Origin: Lepidodermella squamata
Lineage: Eukaryota; Animalia; Gastrotricha
Reading direction: 5' to 3'
Assembly: GCA_047495785.1 (NCBI GenBank)
Contig: JBLDXI010000023.1
Span: forward strand, 682,001-746,000
Length of the DNA: 64,000 nt
Shown: positions 24,184-36,493 of the stretch, piece by piece
Layout of the letters: each line of letters opens with the position of its first letter
Numbering within the stretch: the stretch's first letter is position 1
The notes under the pieces: generated by a model
What the model saw: only the letters and a program-made list of their open reading frames with translations
Database searches by the model: none
Told to the model about the DNA's origin: nothing
Position numbers and translations under genes: made by a program

Positions 24184-24905
24184 ATATATCGCTGTTAGAT
24201 GGATGAATGTGATGAAGACTATTGCATATCATCGTCGATTGATATACCTTATCCAACTCCGTGGGCTCCAATTTCCTCTTCCGTTAGGCTTTTTGATACG
24301 AAATTTTCTGATTATGGCGAGAACTGTATGCAAGAAATTGTGCAATATTGATAGGAACTGTGGCAAATAAATAAAGTATAGATATAAAAACAAACTTCGC
24401 AATAAGCAAGTCGTGCCTATCAATTTCACGCCAATATCGCTTAGAGCGCAAGTTGTAGGAATGTCAAGTGGCCTTTTGAAGCATATTATTATCAAGAAGT
24501 GTCTGTGAATGCTTGATTCTCGTTTCTCTCAGGGGCATAGATAAAGGTTAAGATGTGAAACTCTCGATCCTCTAATGTTGTCAAAATCTCGCGGTGCAAA
24601 GGTCACTCGCGGTGCTCAGACCAAAGCATTAAAAAGGGTCATTTTTTCTCTCATTTCCACTGTTGGTAAGCAGAGTATAAGTCCCAGTTTTATGACGATA
24701 CGAGTTAAGTTTATTTTCAAATTCACGGCTATTTATAGTGATGATTGTTTAGTAAACTATAATCGGGCGGCGCACTTTTAATAGGCGGCGCGGCCGGCGC
24801 TGCGCCACGAGGCATTATTCATCCACAGTAATAAGTGGGCCAGAATAGATCAGGCTGACGAATAACAGGTGATTCGTCAAATTTAACGTATTTTCTAATC
24901 ACAAA

Positions 24906-27049
24906 CTATGGCGAAAACAAACGATACCCATCGTAATTCTCAGGAATTCCAACGAAAATGAATTCTTCAGTTTTCGAGTCCAATTTATCGCGAAATCGAT
25001 CTTCATCGAAAGCGAAAGCGCGGCATCCCCATGGACGTAGTCGTGAGATATCCGGCTTGCTCCCAAACATCATTTCGAACGGCGTTTTGCCATTAAGCGC
25101 CCGAGTCGGAAGTCGATTGCGGCAGTAATTAACGTACTCGAAACAGCAAGGCCATAGTCGTTTCGTTAGGCCAGTTTCGTTGAGAGCGGTCCGTCCGCCC
25201 TCGCCAATAGTGCGCATTTTTCGCTCGATCGCGTTTTGTTGCGGCACATAAGGCACGCTAAACTCGCGAGAGATGGAATGCAGCCGGCAGTATTCGTCCC
25301 ATTCAGAAGACTTGAACTAGAGGCCATTGTCCGACTTCAGATAAACCATGTTAGTGTTCAAACGAGCGGTTATCTGAGTATGAAAAAGTTTCAAAGCATC
25401 AATAGCGTCGGATTTCTTGGCCAGAAATTGAATGTGACTCCAGCGGCTGTAATCATCCATAATTAAAACGAAGTAAAACTTGCGCGTGAACGACTCGACG
25501 CTGAATTTCCCGCACAGATGGATGAAACAGCGCTCCAGCACGCGCTCGCTACGAATCTTCACCGAAAAATGAGGTTCACGTGACTGTTTGCCAGCAACAC
25601 AAGGTTCACAGAAACCAAGTTGCGATTTCGGGTTGATTTTGAAACCATCAACTTGCTCCGCCATAGTACGCAATTTCTGCTCGTTGCAATGCGCCAAACG
25701 ACGGTGCCACAGAGAAATCGGTTCGGCCGCAATGGCCGCGAGTTTCGTTGGCCGGATCACTTCAGCATCAAGAATGAAGATCTTGCGTAGTAGGTAAGCT
25801 GCTCCGATCAGCTTGTCGTTGCTCTTATCAAAGATTTCACAACGAACGAGATTTCGTCGAAAATTAACCCTTTCATGGCGGAATTATTTATCTGCCTTAG
25901 AAAAAATATTTGACGGCAGTTCTAGGGGTTTTCGAAGGCCACGATTTTGAAATCTGTTTGTCTTCATCTATCACTGTTGAGGCTGTACAAAAGCTGGCCG
26001 GAATCGTCCTATCCGTCCAGCTGATTTCAGCTGATTTTTCGAGCACCCTAATTTCTGAGTCAGATGCCTTCAGCCTTAGGAAGAATTCGGCCGGTTTGAT
26101 TAAATATCAATAACGTCGCCATTTTTAATTTCCAACTCGAAAAAATGTACACAGAGGTCAATGAGACTATGGCGGACATGGTGATATTTTTTGTTGGATC
26201 AAAAAATTATCAGAACCCTCGAAATTTCAAATGTCAGGTTGACAAATTACTAGTATGTCCTGACCATGCAAGATAACGGTGTTCTGGTCTCAGAACCTTG
26301 TTGCCAACATCGAAGAGCAATATCCTCAAAAGGGCGATCAAGAATTCATCAAAATCGATTTTCTGCGAATTTTCAAAGTCGAAATTCCGAAATCGTCCTT
26401 CCCGCCGTGAAAGGGTTAACCGACACTCCTGGCTCTTAATGGCTGCACCTACAGAGAACAAACTGCACTTGAAATCAGGGACGAACAGTACTTTTTGCAG
26501 CAAAACGATTTCTTGCGTTGCCAGCCGAACTGTGCCAATGCCAAGACATGCCATCGGCTTTCCACCAGCCGCACGGACCGGTTCGCTGTTCTCAGGTAAC
26601 TCCTTGTAGGACCAGAACATCGAGATTTGGTTCGTCATGTGCTGCGAAGCGCCGGAGTCGAGCACCCATCGCTCGTTCGACTCGTACTCGTCGTCGTAGT
26701 GCACCATCAGGCTGTAGACACGCTCGCCGTGCTCCTCGTAGTCGTCCGTCACCATCTTGGCGCGCGGCTTATCGTAGTAGCCACCCGAAGACTTGCCTGG
26801 ATTACGCCCGTTGTGGTAGTTGCCATTGTTGCGATTGTAGCCGTTGTAACCGCCGTTTTGACGACCATTGCCACCAGAATTCGCGTGCGGTTCCTTCGGA
26901 GACCGGCATTCGCTCTCGAAATGCCCCAGCCGACCACAGTTCGTACATGCCATGTTGGCCTTCTTATTGTTACGGAACTTACCGTGGCCTGTTTTCAAAG
27001 CCACGTCTGAACTCGTACCACAACTCGAGCTGCCGATTCGTTGAAACAT
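24906..27049 (-). mobile_element. Degenerate Ty1/Copia LTR retrotransposon fragment (gag zinc knuckle, protease, integrase)
   Basis: CTNCGRLGHFESEC knuckle, WVLDSGASQHMT protease, LWHRRLAH and CEPCVAGKQ, then DDYSR / SDNG / PQQNAIER integrase, in Copia order. In-frame stop and frameshifts; no RT or LTR seen. Confidence 0.92.
25868..26415. mobile_element. Non-autonomous piggyBac-type element nested in the Copia pol gene
   Basis: TTAA on both sides; TIR CCCTTTCATGGCG / CGCCGTGAAAGGG; longer copy at 62981-63735. Confidence 0.9.
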
Positions 27050-27977
27050 CCGTACTTCAACTCCTTCAGCTGTTACTCTTTACAGGTAATACATATATGC
27101 ATGCCCACTAGGTGCGATTATTCGATATTCTTCGATCAAGGTGAACAACGCCTACTACCATCGCGGATGAATTACTGCAGTGGGCGTAAACCTTTTACAG
27201 TTTTTCGACCGTTTTTTACCCTGAATACAATTGCTATGTCTGTCAAACCAGCTACGCCAACATGTTTTTTTTCGAGATAGGAGGTTTCAGGATCTTCGCA
27301 CAACTACTCCCAGCCTGATAACTCATGTACGGGCTTCATACATTGGATTATAACTGATTATAACACAGGCAAAAGTCAGTGTCCATCAGTTTGACCGAAA
27401 TGATGAAACGGAATTACCTTGACGTACCTTCCAAGTCACCAATGACTAAAGTGGCGTGAGGGTGGGAGATTTCTGAAAGTTTCGAATTCTTGTAGCCAAA
27501 ATCTAAAAGTAATACTCTTCGAAGCAACTATATCAAACTGAAATTACTCTGTCACAAAAATTCGAAACGCTCTTATGTTAACGTTGACACCGCTCTTTTT
27601 TGTTCATGGTCATTTTCTCTCAAAATTCTCCCAAATTTTCTCTCAAAAAATACTCTGCAGGCTCCGTTCTCTATACACAGCACCATTCTGCGAGTTCACA
27701 TCAAACGTATCCATCAATAAACCACTCGATGATTTTGCCACGGTCCCGATGCGAAAAACAAAAAAATTAATATTTTATTATTTTAGAAATAATATTAGAC
27801 ATTAAAGCAGCATAGCTCGACAATAATCATTCCTGCTAGCGTTATGAGTAGAATCTGCAACAAAATATCACATGGTCATACATGAGTTTCAAACTCGAAA
27901 GATATCATTTATTCTTAGCTAACATAAAGGCTTCAAGTTTTTTAATTCGCCCTCCTTGCAAGCAACACAAACGTTAA

Positions 27978-30900
27978 TCATTCAAGGTGCCGCCTGGTAT
28001 TCCAGATAAAGTAGAGGTTGATGCCGAGAATGCCTTCGAAAGTGGCTAAGAAAGCAATAACATCAAGATAGCGGATCAGCTCGAGGGCTGGTAGAATTTT
28101 CGCCTTGATGATAATCTTGTACTTTGCCTCGTATTTCGTAACCAGAGCTGAGACAACAATCTGGTACATGGCGATGACAGCGATGGTACCAGTCATTCCC
28201 AGGACGTAGTTGGCATACAAAATTTGCTGGCTGGTCTCAGGGACGCTGCGAAGAACATCCGACTGGGCCACGATGAGTGCCAACATTATGGTACAACATA
28301 TAGCCGGACGATCTGGAACAGCGGGGTCCATGAAGAAAGTTCCGAATCCCAAAACTAACAATATGTAGCATGGGACAATCATGTTTACGATAAAGTATCC
28401 AGGATCACGTTGAAACGTCAGGGTAACTTTTGCGAACGAAACGGGCGAACTCAGTTGAGCTGGTGATGAGACGGTACCATGACTGGTTTGCAGCGATTCG
28501 ATCTCCCAAACACCACTGGTCATCTTATCAGGCATACGAACATGAATGCCACCGAACGAGATGAACCTCGAAGGCTCTTCGAAAACAACTGTCAAGTCGC
28601 AGGTTTGCCAGTCGAACGGGAAGGTCGACATGTCGAGAGAACAATCTGTTTTGAACAAACCGACGCGATTCCAGTGGAAAAACAGCGTGCGATTGGGCGT
28701 AGTCGGGTAGTAGGCAATGTCTATCTTATCGCTAGCCTCCGAATCTGTTGTTGAGTCAAAATTCGGCGTTGAATTTGCAAAAATCACTGTCGGTCGCCAA
28801 ATATCTTTGCGACGCGTGGATACTAGCCGTTCTTTTGAGTCGCTATCCGGAGCTGTAATCTCAGAATCACAGGAAGAGACAACCCATTGCAGTAGCATCG
28901 ATCCCCACAGCGAAACCTGCTGCTCATACGTGTCGACTCTCATCAGACGTTCGAAGGTTAGAGTGACGAAAATTTTAGTGTCAGGCTCGGGAATCCGGTT
29001 TTTCACGCTCAAATGCTGGCAAGCTGTTAGATCGTCAACTTCGACAGTCGGGACGATATTGCCATCAAAAAGCTGTGGAATCGGGAACCCATTTGGCGAA
29101 TTTTTCGCCGCGTTCAAATCGAGTAGGTAATCAATTTCATTTTGGTCATTTCGAGGTACCGATGTTGATGTTCTAGCTTCAGTTGGAGCAGGCTGGGTGG
29201 TACTGGACTTCAATGTTGAACTTGGAGTATTCGATGTTTGAATCTGAGATGTGCTTGTTTCGGTCTGAATAAGTTGAGTTGTGCTTGTCGAACTTGAAAT
29301 AGTTGACGATGTTCGAATCGTGGTTGAAGTTGTCGTAATGTTTTTAGCAGGTAGCAGCGTGCTGTTACCTGGAGTGGGCCACCAAAGATATCTGAAAGAA
29401 ATGTTTTCTCTTGTTGAGATGCTAGATTCGGAGAGGTACTATTTATCACCCCATCCCTCCCCACTTTTCTCTATACCGAGCCTCTGCTGTGCAACAAAGG
29501 TCTCAAGTTAAATTATGTGACCCTAGGGCTTGTGTAGTTAATGAAATGGTGAATTTACAAATTTCTTATGAAGATGTCAGCCTTGTCGCCTCTCATGCTT
29601 GTTAGATAGTAGAAAGTAGGTCCCGGCTCCTTCACGTACGTGACGTTCGCGAAACAAATCGCACTTGGAGTGTCGCCATTTGCTGGCAGAGGTGATATGG
29701 CAAGCTGTAATAAAAAAGAAACGCACGGAAAATCAATAGACGATTTTTTCGAACTGGTTAAACCCACCGTTACTAGGTTGTCAGGATTTTGCAAAATGAG
29801 GCGATACTTGGCATTTCCATCTGGAGCAGAAAACAGCGACGTTAGGCCGCATGCTGGTGGCGTGGTGATGGTGTAGTTCAGGGGTACTGCAGTCGCATTC
29901 GCTTGCGTGGCATTTGTGAACATCGCGTAGATTTCACCCCCGTTATTTACCAACCGCTGCCAAATATATAATCCTGTATAGCCTTTGACTGCATTGTGGA
30001 TTGAACCTCCGCCCAGCGCCTCTAGAATAGGTCGATGGATGAAAGATGAAAGAAGACGATCATACTACGAGCTATGGCAAACCTGAAACCGGTGGATACG
30101 CTGACGGTGAGATGTATAAACCAAGCCAAGCTTCAATATTGTTGTAGTAAACGTCGATGTCAATCTCTAGGCGCCAGAAGACTTGATATGCATTTCCGAC
30201 AGACTGGAAAGCCACAAAAACCAAACCGAATAAATTATTGTCAATAAGATTTCGAGCATAATGGTCACGGTAATTATTCAGAGAAAATTCGAAAGTAATC
30301 TTACAGCAAAGTTATCAATGCTGCACATGCTCCCGGTATTAAGAGACTGTTTGAAGCCGACTCCGTTGAAAAGTCTCGATGGCGAAAATTTTCGACTCGC
30401 TGGGATAGCTGGATAGTTGCCCATTGCATCGAAGCTTGATGGAGTATGGAACATCGGCTGTCCTGCCCATCCGTTAGCGAGCGGCAGGGTGTATTCGTCC
30501 GGAACAGGAGCAGATGTGGCTTTCAGGTTCCAGAAATAGCTTCAAGGGAAAGAGAAATCTTACAGTTACGCATTAAGCAAGTGAAACCTTACAGTCTTTT
30601 AACGAGAACTTCGCCATCAAAGCCATTCACGCCGAAGAAATAGAGATAATTAATGACGCCGTTTGTCACGCCATAGTCGAGAGAACTAATGTCTAAAATA
30701 TTCAAACAAGTCGCCGCTTCTAGACTTCTAGCTCCATCCAGTGGAACTATGGTGACCTGTTGAAAAAACGCCAATGGAGCAAAAAAGAGAAAGACTTGGC
30801 ATTTTGGACCATTCACAAGAAAAGGGGCTTCGGTTTCCTTAAGACTGGTTAGGGTACCAGCTTCTTTCTTGCGAACCGTCAAATATATTCGAGAAATACA

Positions 30901-31913
30901 TATTTATAAAGACTTTGGGCTTTGGGCTATGAATTTGCTTTTATAATAGGAACTTGAAATGAATGAGTTTTCTTACGTTGGCTTTTTCATTTGAGCTTTG
31001 CAAAATCATGCGGTAAGACGACGAGCCGGAGGAATTGAACACAAGATTGCTACCACAACCTGGCGCTGAGATGTCCTTAACTTCCGTTGGAATTGAAAAA
31101 TTCGTAGTTACATCAGTCCAACTTGTCTGAGCGTAAACGCGACCGCCAGCTTCCAACTTCTGCCACACGGTGAGGCCAGCGCCATACTGGGTAAAGCTGT
31201 CGAATTGCTGAGACGCATTAGTCTTACGTGCTATCAAAACAAAAACTTCCGCTATTGATGGGACAAAATTGTGTAATTTCTTACTTGGAAGGAACCGATA
31301 ATATTTGCCGATCCCGAAGCCTAGCCAAGCGGTAGAATTGCTAGTTTTGTAATTGACAGTCACTTCAAATTCCATTCGCCATGGCCACAGTGTCCCAAGC
31401 GACTTCTCAATCACCTGTTTGATGAAATTTTCTAATGAAAAATGCTTTTTATTTGCTAAGATCTCACCGGGGTTCTAACAGCCCCAAAACTTCTGTTTTG
31501 GCTCTGTTGCATTGAGTTCAGACGGTATCCGTCAGGTGAGTCGACTGCACTGTATTCGAGGTTAACATTATTTCCAGCATTGATCAACCAATTCACACGG
31601 TCGAATGATAAGTTCGTAACATAGCGGGGCGTGGCTGCGTATACCTCTGGCAGCGGCACAGAAGCTGTGTCTGGTGTGGGATCGGGCTTGCAAGCTGCAT
31701 CTGCAAAATTGCACATTTATTATAAAAATCTAGTGCTTTTAGTTTCTCGAGCTGAAATATCTAAAACTAAAAGGTTGACAGGACAACTAAAAGGTTGGCA
31801 ATGAGGATTTGTTCATAAGGTCTATATTTGCTCATAGATAAAATAATCTTACAATCAGAGTTAAGAAGGATAGCCGAAAAAAAGCCGAAGATCGCTCTTC
31901 CAACTTTTTCCAT
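27978..31913 (-). CDS. Chimeric pLGIC C2 (~1003 aa, 10 exons): signal peptide + two tandem unrecognised domains + S/T/P stalk + Cys-loop channel
   Basis: Exons 31913-31853, 31700-31468, 31414-31285, 31230-30977, 30756-30593, 30539-30305, 30203-30083, 30021-29768, 29704-29559, 29391-27978 total 3012 nt of open frame. Exon structure matches C1. Exon 1 is the least certain. Confidence 0.87.
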
Positions 31914-34061
31914 CGAATCAAATTTCGGAGAAGTTTCACCTGAACGGCGCAAATATTGTTATGCTTTTTTGTCGCGATTACTTTAGCACACACGCCTTTC
32001 GAGGAACTTCAATCTCTCTTCACCACGCCGTCATTTTAGGAATTACGTCTGAACAGCGAACAAGCGTTTTTCTGATTATTTATTAATTGCGCGACAAAGT
32101 GGACTGTGCGCCTTGTTTTTCTAGACAATTGTTTGAAATTGATGAGAAATTACAAACATTTCATCGGACTGTTAGCAAGTGAAAAGTGGAGTTTGGAAAC
32201 AGATTTTGGCATCGTGATATAATTTTTTGGCATTCGAGCTCAAGGAACGAAGAATCGAACCTCATCAGGTAGCCCGTAGTCATCAGGGTAGCGAAGAAAA
32301 TATGGGTCAAAGTTTACCAATCAAAAAATGAAAACCAATGAAAGTGTTGAATTTTTATGAAATCCGTTAGAAATCTGCAGCGCTATGAGAACTTTCAAAC
32401 GAAATTCTACGGTGTATCCTAAAGTAAGGAATCTCGCTGGATATTCAGAACTTTTTTGGAATCTTACTGGTGCCTTCACGTTAACCAGCAACAGCAGCAT
32501 TACAGCAAACACTATGGTAATGTGTCCCGTCGTTTGGAAGAAAATCATGGAGATCTGATGCTTGAAAATTCAAAATCTAAAAGAACAGCTTATTCAAATC
32601 ATTAAGTAATCCAAGAATCATCCTTCGTCACGTCAAAACTCATCTCAAGATGAATTCAAAATTGAAAATTCAACCAAACCCCACTTTTCACTTGTTAACG
32701 ATCACTTGAAGTCATATTGTCGGTAAAGTCAACTCGCAATCGCGGGAATAATTAATAGGCACTCAGACGGTCGCCACCACGAATATAGCCTGATAAATTT
32801 ATGAATGATTCTCGTCAGTGCCGTCACGCACAAAGTGGTTTTCTTTTATTAAAAAAATGAAGGATGCTGGAGCTTCCAGGGATAACAAATAAGGAAAAAA
32901 AATCGATTGTTTTCGCTCGCACCGTAAATTGTTATCTTAGGTCTCATTTTATTGGACGTGTCTGCTGGCGCGCCGTTGCTACAGACACCCATTTCTCTCA
33001 CTGAATAATTCAGCTCACTTCACGTAAGGTGATGACAATCTTTAGGCCAAATACGCAAGTGCTCAAAGACCAAAGACTAATCGCCCCATTGGCAAGAGGA
33101 ACTTCAGCGATACCAGATTTTAGGGTTTTGTTTTTCCGTCGATTCTGATTCGCAATTCGCAGCAAAGGACGAGGGCCGGTAAGTGGCAAAATCCGCCTAT
33201 GAATCAAAATGAGCGAAACTAATCTTCAATGAAAGATAGCAGTCATAAGTTTCAGAATTAGTGGTCAGAGATGTGGCAGGGCACCTTGGAGCTGGTGAGA
33301 AAATTACCTGAAAAGTGTACCTGAGCGGAAAACGCCATTTTTTACTACAATGTGTCAACTTTGCAGCAAAAATTTAGTGTCAAGACATCCTAAATTTTCA
33401 AATTTTGTACATCAAACGACGCGAAATTTAGCAAGGAATCTAAATCCGTCAAGAAAAAGTAGGCTCAGCGACGGCAAAGTATTCCGATCGCGGCGTTTCG
33501 CATTAAATATTCCCACTTTCGCTAGTTTTTCACCTAATTTTTTTAATACAAATTTATTATTAAAATTAATATCAAATACTAAAAATGATGTTTTAATTTG
33601 GTTTTATTTGAGTCTTTTGTCGCAGGAAATTGCGTTTTAAACTTCGAGGCTTGACGGGTTTTGAATTTCGCGCGGTCATGTGACCATTGATATTTGTACG
33701 CGTTTTTGTGCAGAACGCCAAATAGTATCAGCTTCCCAGAATTTTCAATCGCCACCTGAGCTTCTTATCGCTCTCGGACTTATTTATATCCATCATTTTG
33801 ATTATTCTGTAATTTCTAAAATTAGTTTCAGCTCTTTCACACCTTGGGCGGACTTTGCCTGCTAACCAGCCCTCCTCCTTGGAAATTATGTTCACCGTCA
33901 TGTATCAGCTTTAAAGATGCACCAGAAGAATTGAAAATGAGGGGCGTCATCTTGAATCAGGAAGGCTTTACCAGCGAATTAGGGTTGATTTCATTTTGAT
34001 GCTGCTAGTAGAGAAGGTTTGGGCTTCACAGTGCGATTCGAAACCGAGTTATACTCGTTGT

Positions 34062-35258
34062 TTATCTCAAAATTAGCCAAACCGTAAAATTTAAGAGTAA
34101 AATTAAGTACATGATAAATGCGACTACAAACATAACGATATCGATAATTAAACTACGAGCAACTTTTCTACCGAGCAATGTTGAGTTTTTCTCGCCCATT
34201 TCCGGGAACATTGCTAGGTATCCGCACATCATAGCTTCGTAGATAACACAGAAAGTTGCAACGAAAGCTTGTGACAAGCTGAAGATTCCAGCTACAACCG
34301 GGCCGGGTGTTTTCGGTAAATTAGCCTGAAGATTGTCCTGCTGAACAAAAATCGCCAGCATAACAGTGCAAGCGAAAGCTGGACGATCTGGAGCATCGGC
34401 CGGAATGAAAAATGACACCAGAATCAGTGAACTGAGAATTAGGCTAGGTGCAAATAGGTATGTCAGAAAATATTGCGGTTTCCGCCTAAATTCGAAAGTG
34501 AAACTCGCCACAGACATGTTATTAGCATCGGTTAAGATTGCACTGCGTGACGTGGATCGCTTCATTGCATCATGCTCCCAGCCTGAATTCGCTTTCAAAA
34601 ACGGTTCCTCCTGAATAGAGAACCAAGCCTTTGATATTTTTGAGAAATGTTCGCTTTGGGAGAGATAAAATTTGATCTCGCATACTTGCACATCGAAGGG
34701 GAAATAGGTCACGTCCAAATCGCAGTAAGATGTGAACTTTCCAGTCAAGTCAAACGAGACAAATCCGCCGTCTTCGAGCCAAATGCGAAGATGCCGATAA
34801 AACCCGTCAGTCATCGCTGGGTTTCCAACCGAATTTTCATGCAACAAATCCGGGAACCAGTATTTACTCGGGTCTTCTTTTGACAGAATTGTTATGCTTC
34901 TTGGCCATACTACGCTGCCGGTACGTGATATATTCCGGTACAAATCGGATATGCATCTCGAGTAATACGAAACGAAGAGTGAGCCGTAAATTGTGAACGT
35001 TTCACCTATGTCATCGATATTGACAAGGCGTTTTGGTTCAAGTTCTAGCTCGATAAGAATTGCTTCTTCCTCCAGTTCGATCGGCGTGTTGACCGTCGGG
35101 CCGATTCTACAGTTGCTCAGTATGGATGCAGTCGGATCGAACTCCCAAATGCTGTCGTTATTAGCTGGTTTAGCCAGGGCATGGTTAATTATAATACCAT
35201 GTAGTACCATGTAGTAGTTGAAGAAAAGATGAAGAAGATAAAAATAACTTCCCATCAC
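34062..35258 (-). CDS. Intronless pLGIC subunit B3
   Basis: Complete ORF with CDLDVTYFPFDVQVC and PDRP-M2; exact start codon uncertain. Confidence 0.9.
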   Translation of the reverse strand: MMGSYFYLLHLFFNYYMVLHGIIINHALAKPANNDSIWEFDPTASILSNCRIGPTVNTPIELEEEAILIELELEPKRLVNIDDIGETFTIYGSLFVSYYSRCISDLYRNISRTGSVVWPRSITILSKEDPSKYWFPDLLHENSVGNPAMTDGFYRHLRIWLEDGGFVSFDLTGKFTSYCDLDVTYFPFDVQVCEIKFYLSQSEHFSKISKAWFSIQEEPFLKANSGWEHDAMKRSTSRSAILTDANNMSVASFTFEFRRKPQYFLTYLFAPSLILSSLILVSFFIPADAPDRPAFACTVMLAIFVQQDNLQANLPKTPGPVVAGIFSLSQAFVATFCVIYEAMMCGYLAMFPEMGEKNSTLLGRKVARSLIIDIVMFVVAFIMYLILLLNFTVWLILR

Positions 35259-36493
35259 TTCACCGGACTGGTTTTTCCAAGGGCTTCATTTTTTCACATC
35301 CGTTTGTTCATTTGCTGGTAGAAGTATTTTTAGTTTCAAAATATTGAAACGTCAAGAAGAGCAAACAGTGAGCACATGCCAACATTAATAGCCTGTTAGG
35401 CAATTTCAAAGCAAACATGAGTTATCGGAAGAAGAAAATAAACAATCTGAGTCGAAGGAAAAAGTTAAAAATAGCTAGTTGTTTGCTTTACCGGTACTGC
35501 TTCATTAATGCTATAAAGCACAGGCCACAGGTGCGCTTTTTGGGCTCGTCAATTAGATATCGTGTTTCTAGGGAATACAGGCATTGATCGTTGATAATAT
35601 AATAACGCATAGCTATTAAGAGGGGTAAGTTTCCGTAATTTTCGAATAAACACCGATTGAACGCTTGTTTCGTGCTATTCGTAAAGGCCGCATCGCACTC
35701 TTTGGTTCAGGGTTCAGGCTACCAGCAACCAGCGCTTAGCCACCTTGTATTCATGCCCGCTCAAAGAGGTGAAAACCAATGAAAACCAAGGGGATATTTG
35801 TGCAGTTTCCAGAATAAAAAACTTCCCGCTAACGTTTCTCAAGTTCGAATGTGATTTTCGACGGTATTTCTCCAATTTTTCGAGTGTTGCTGAAGGTCAT
35901 TCTCGAAAGATCGAAAGAATTGAAATTGATAGATTATATTCAGATTGAAAAGCCTCATTGTTTTTGAAAGTGAAGCAACTGAAATCAAAAGTTGTAAGAG
36001 CCAAACCGGATATTACCAAAAAATGCTCAACCCTCGCCCCTCGCCCGCTTCATTTCGGACTTGTTCGCCCATGTCGTCAATGTTCGCCCATATCGTTAGC
36101 ATCGTTGACTGCCGTACTGCCAGAATTGTTGGTTTTGTCCTTTATTTTTTAAAACAAGCCAAAACCCCGTCTTATATTTGAGACCGCCCTTTATTTGAGG
36201 CCTGCCCTTTATTATGACTTCGAATTCTTCTTAACTCATCCCATGCATGTATTCAATCCGACGAGAGGTTGATGAGGATGATGATGATGACAGTATTCAA
36301 ATTTCAGTCTTTCAGTCATTTCACAATTATCAGTAAATCAGCCAAAAGTGTGATTCCTCTTATATGATTTTCACCTTTTAGAGTAGACCTGATAATAAGT
36401 TACTTATAGTACCTAATAGTAACCTGCAGAAAACAGAAAGCATATTTCAATCTTCTTGAACACGCGCCTTTCGGCCCTGAAAAAGCTCTAAGG

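Noticed and set aside
32230-32290. CTGATGA motifs on the minus strand resembling a hammerhead ribozyme core
   Set aside because: No proper stem II followed by GAAA.
32321-32548. Hydrophobic ORF as first exon of C2
   Set aside because: Its GT donor is phase 0, incompatible with the phase-1 exon 2; exon 31913-31853 fits.
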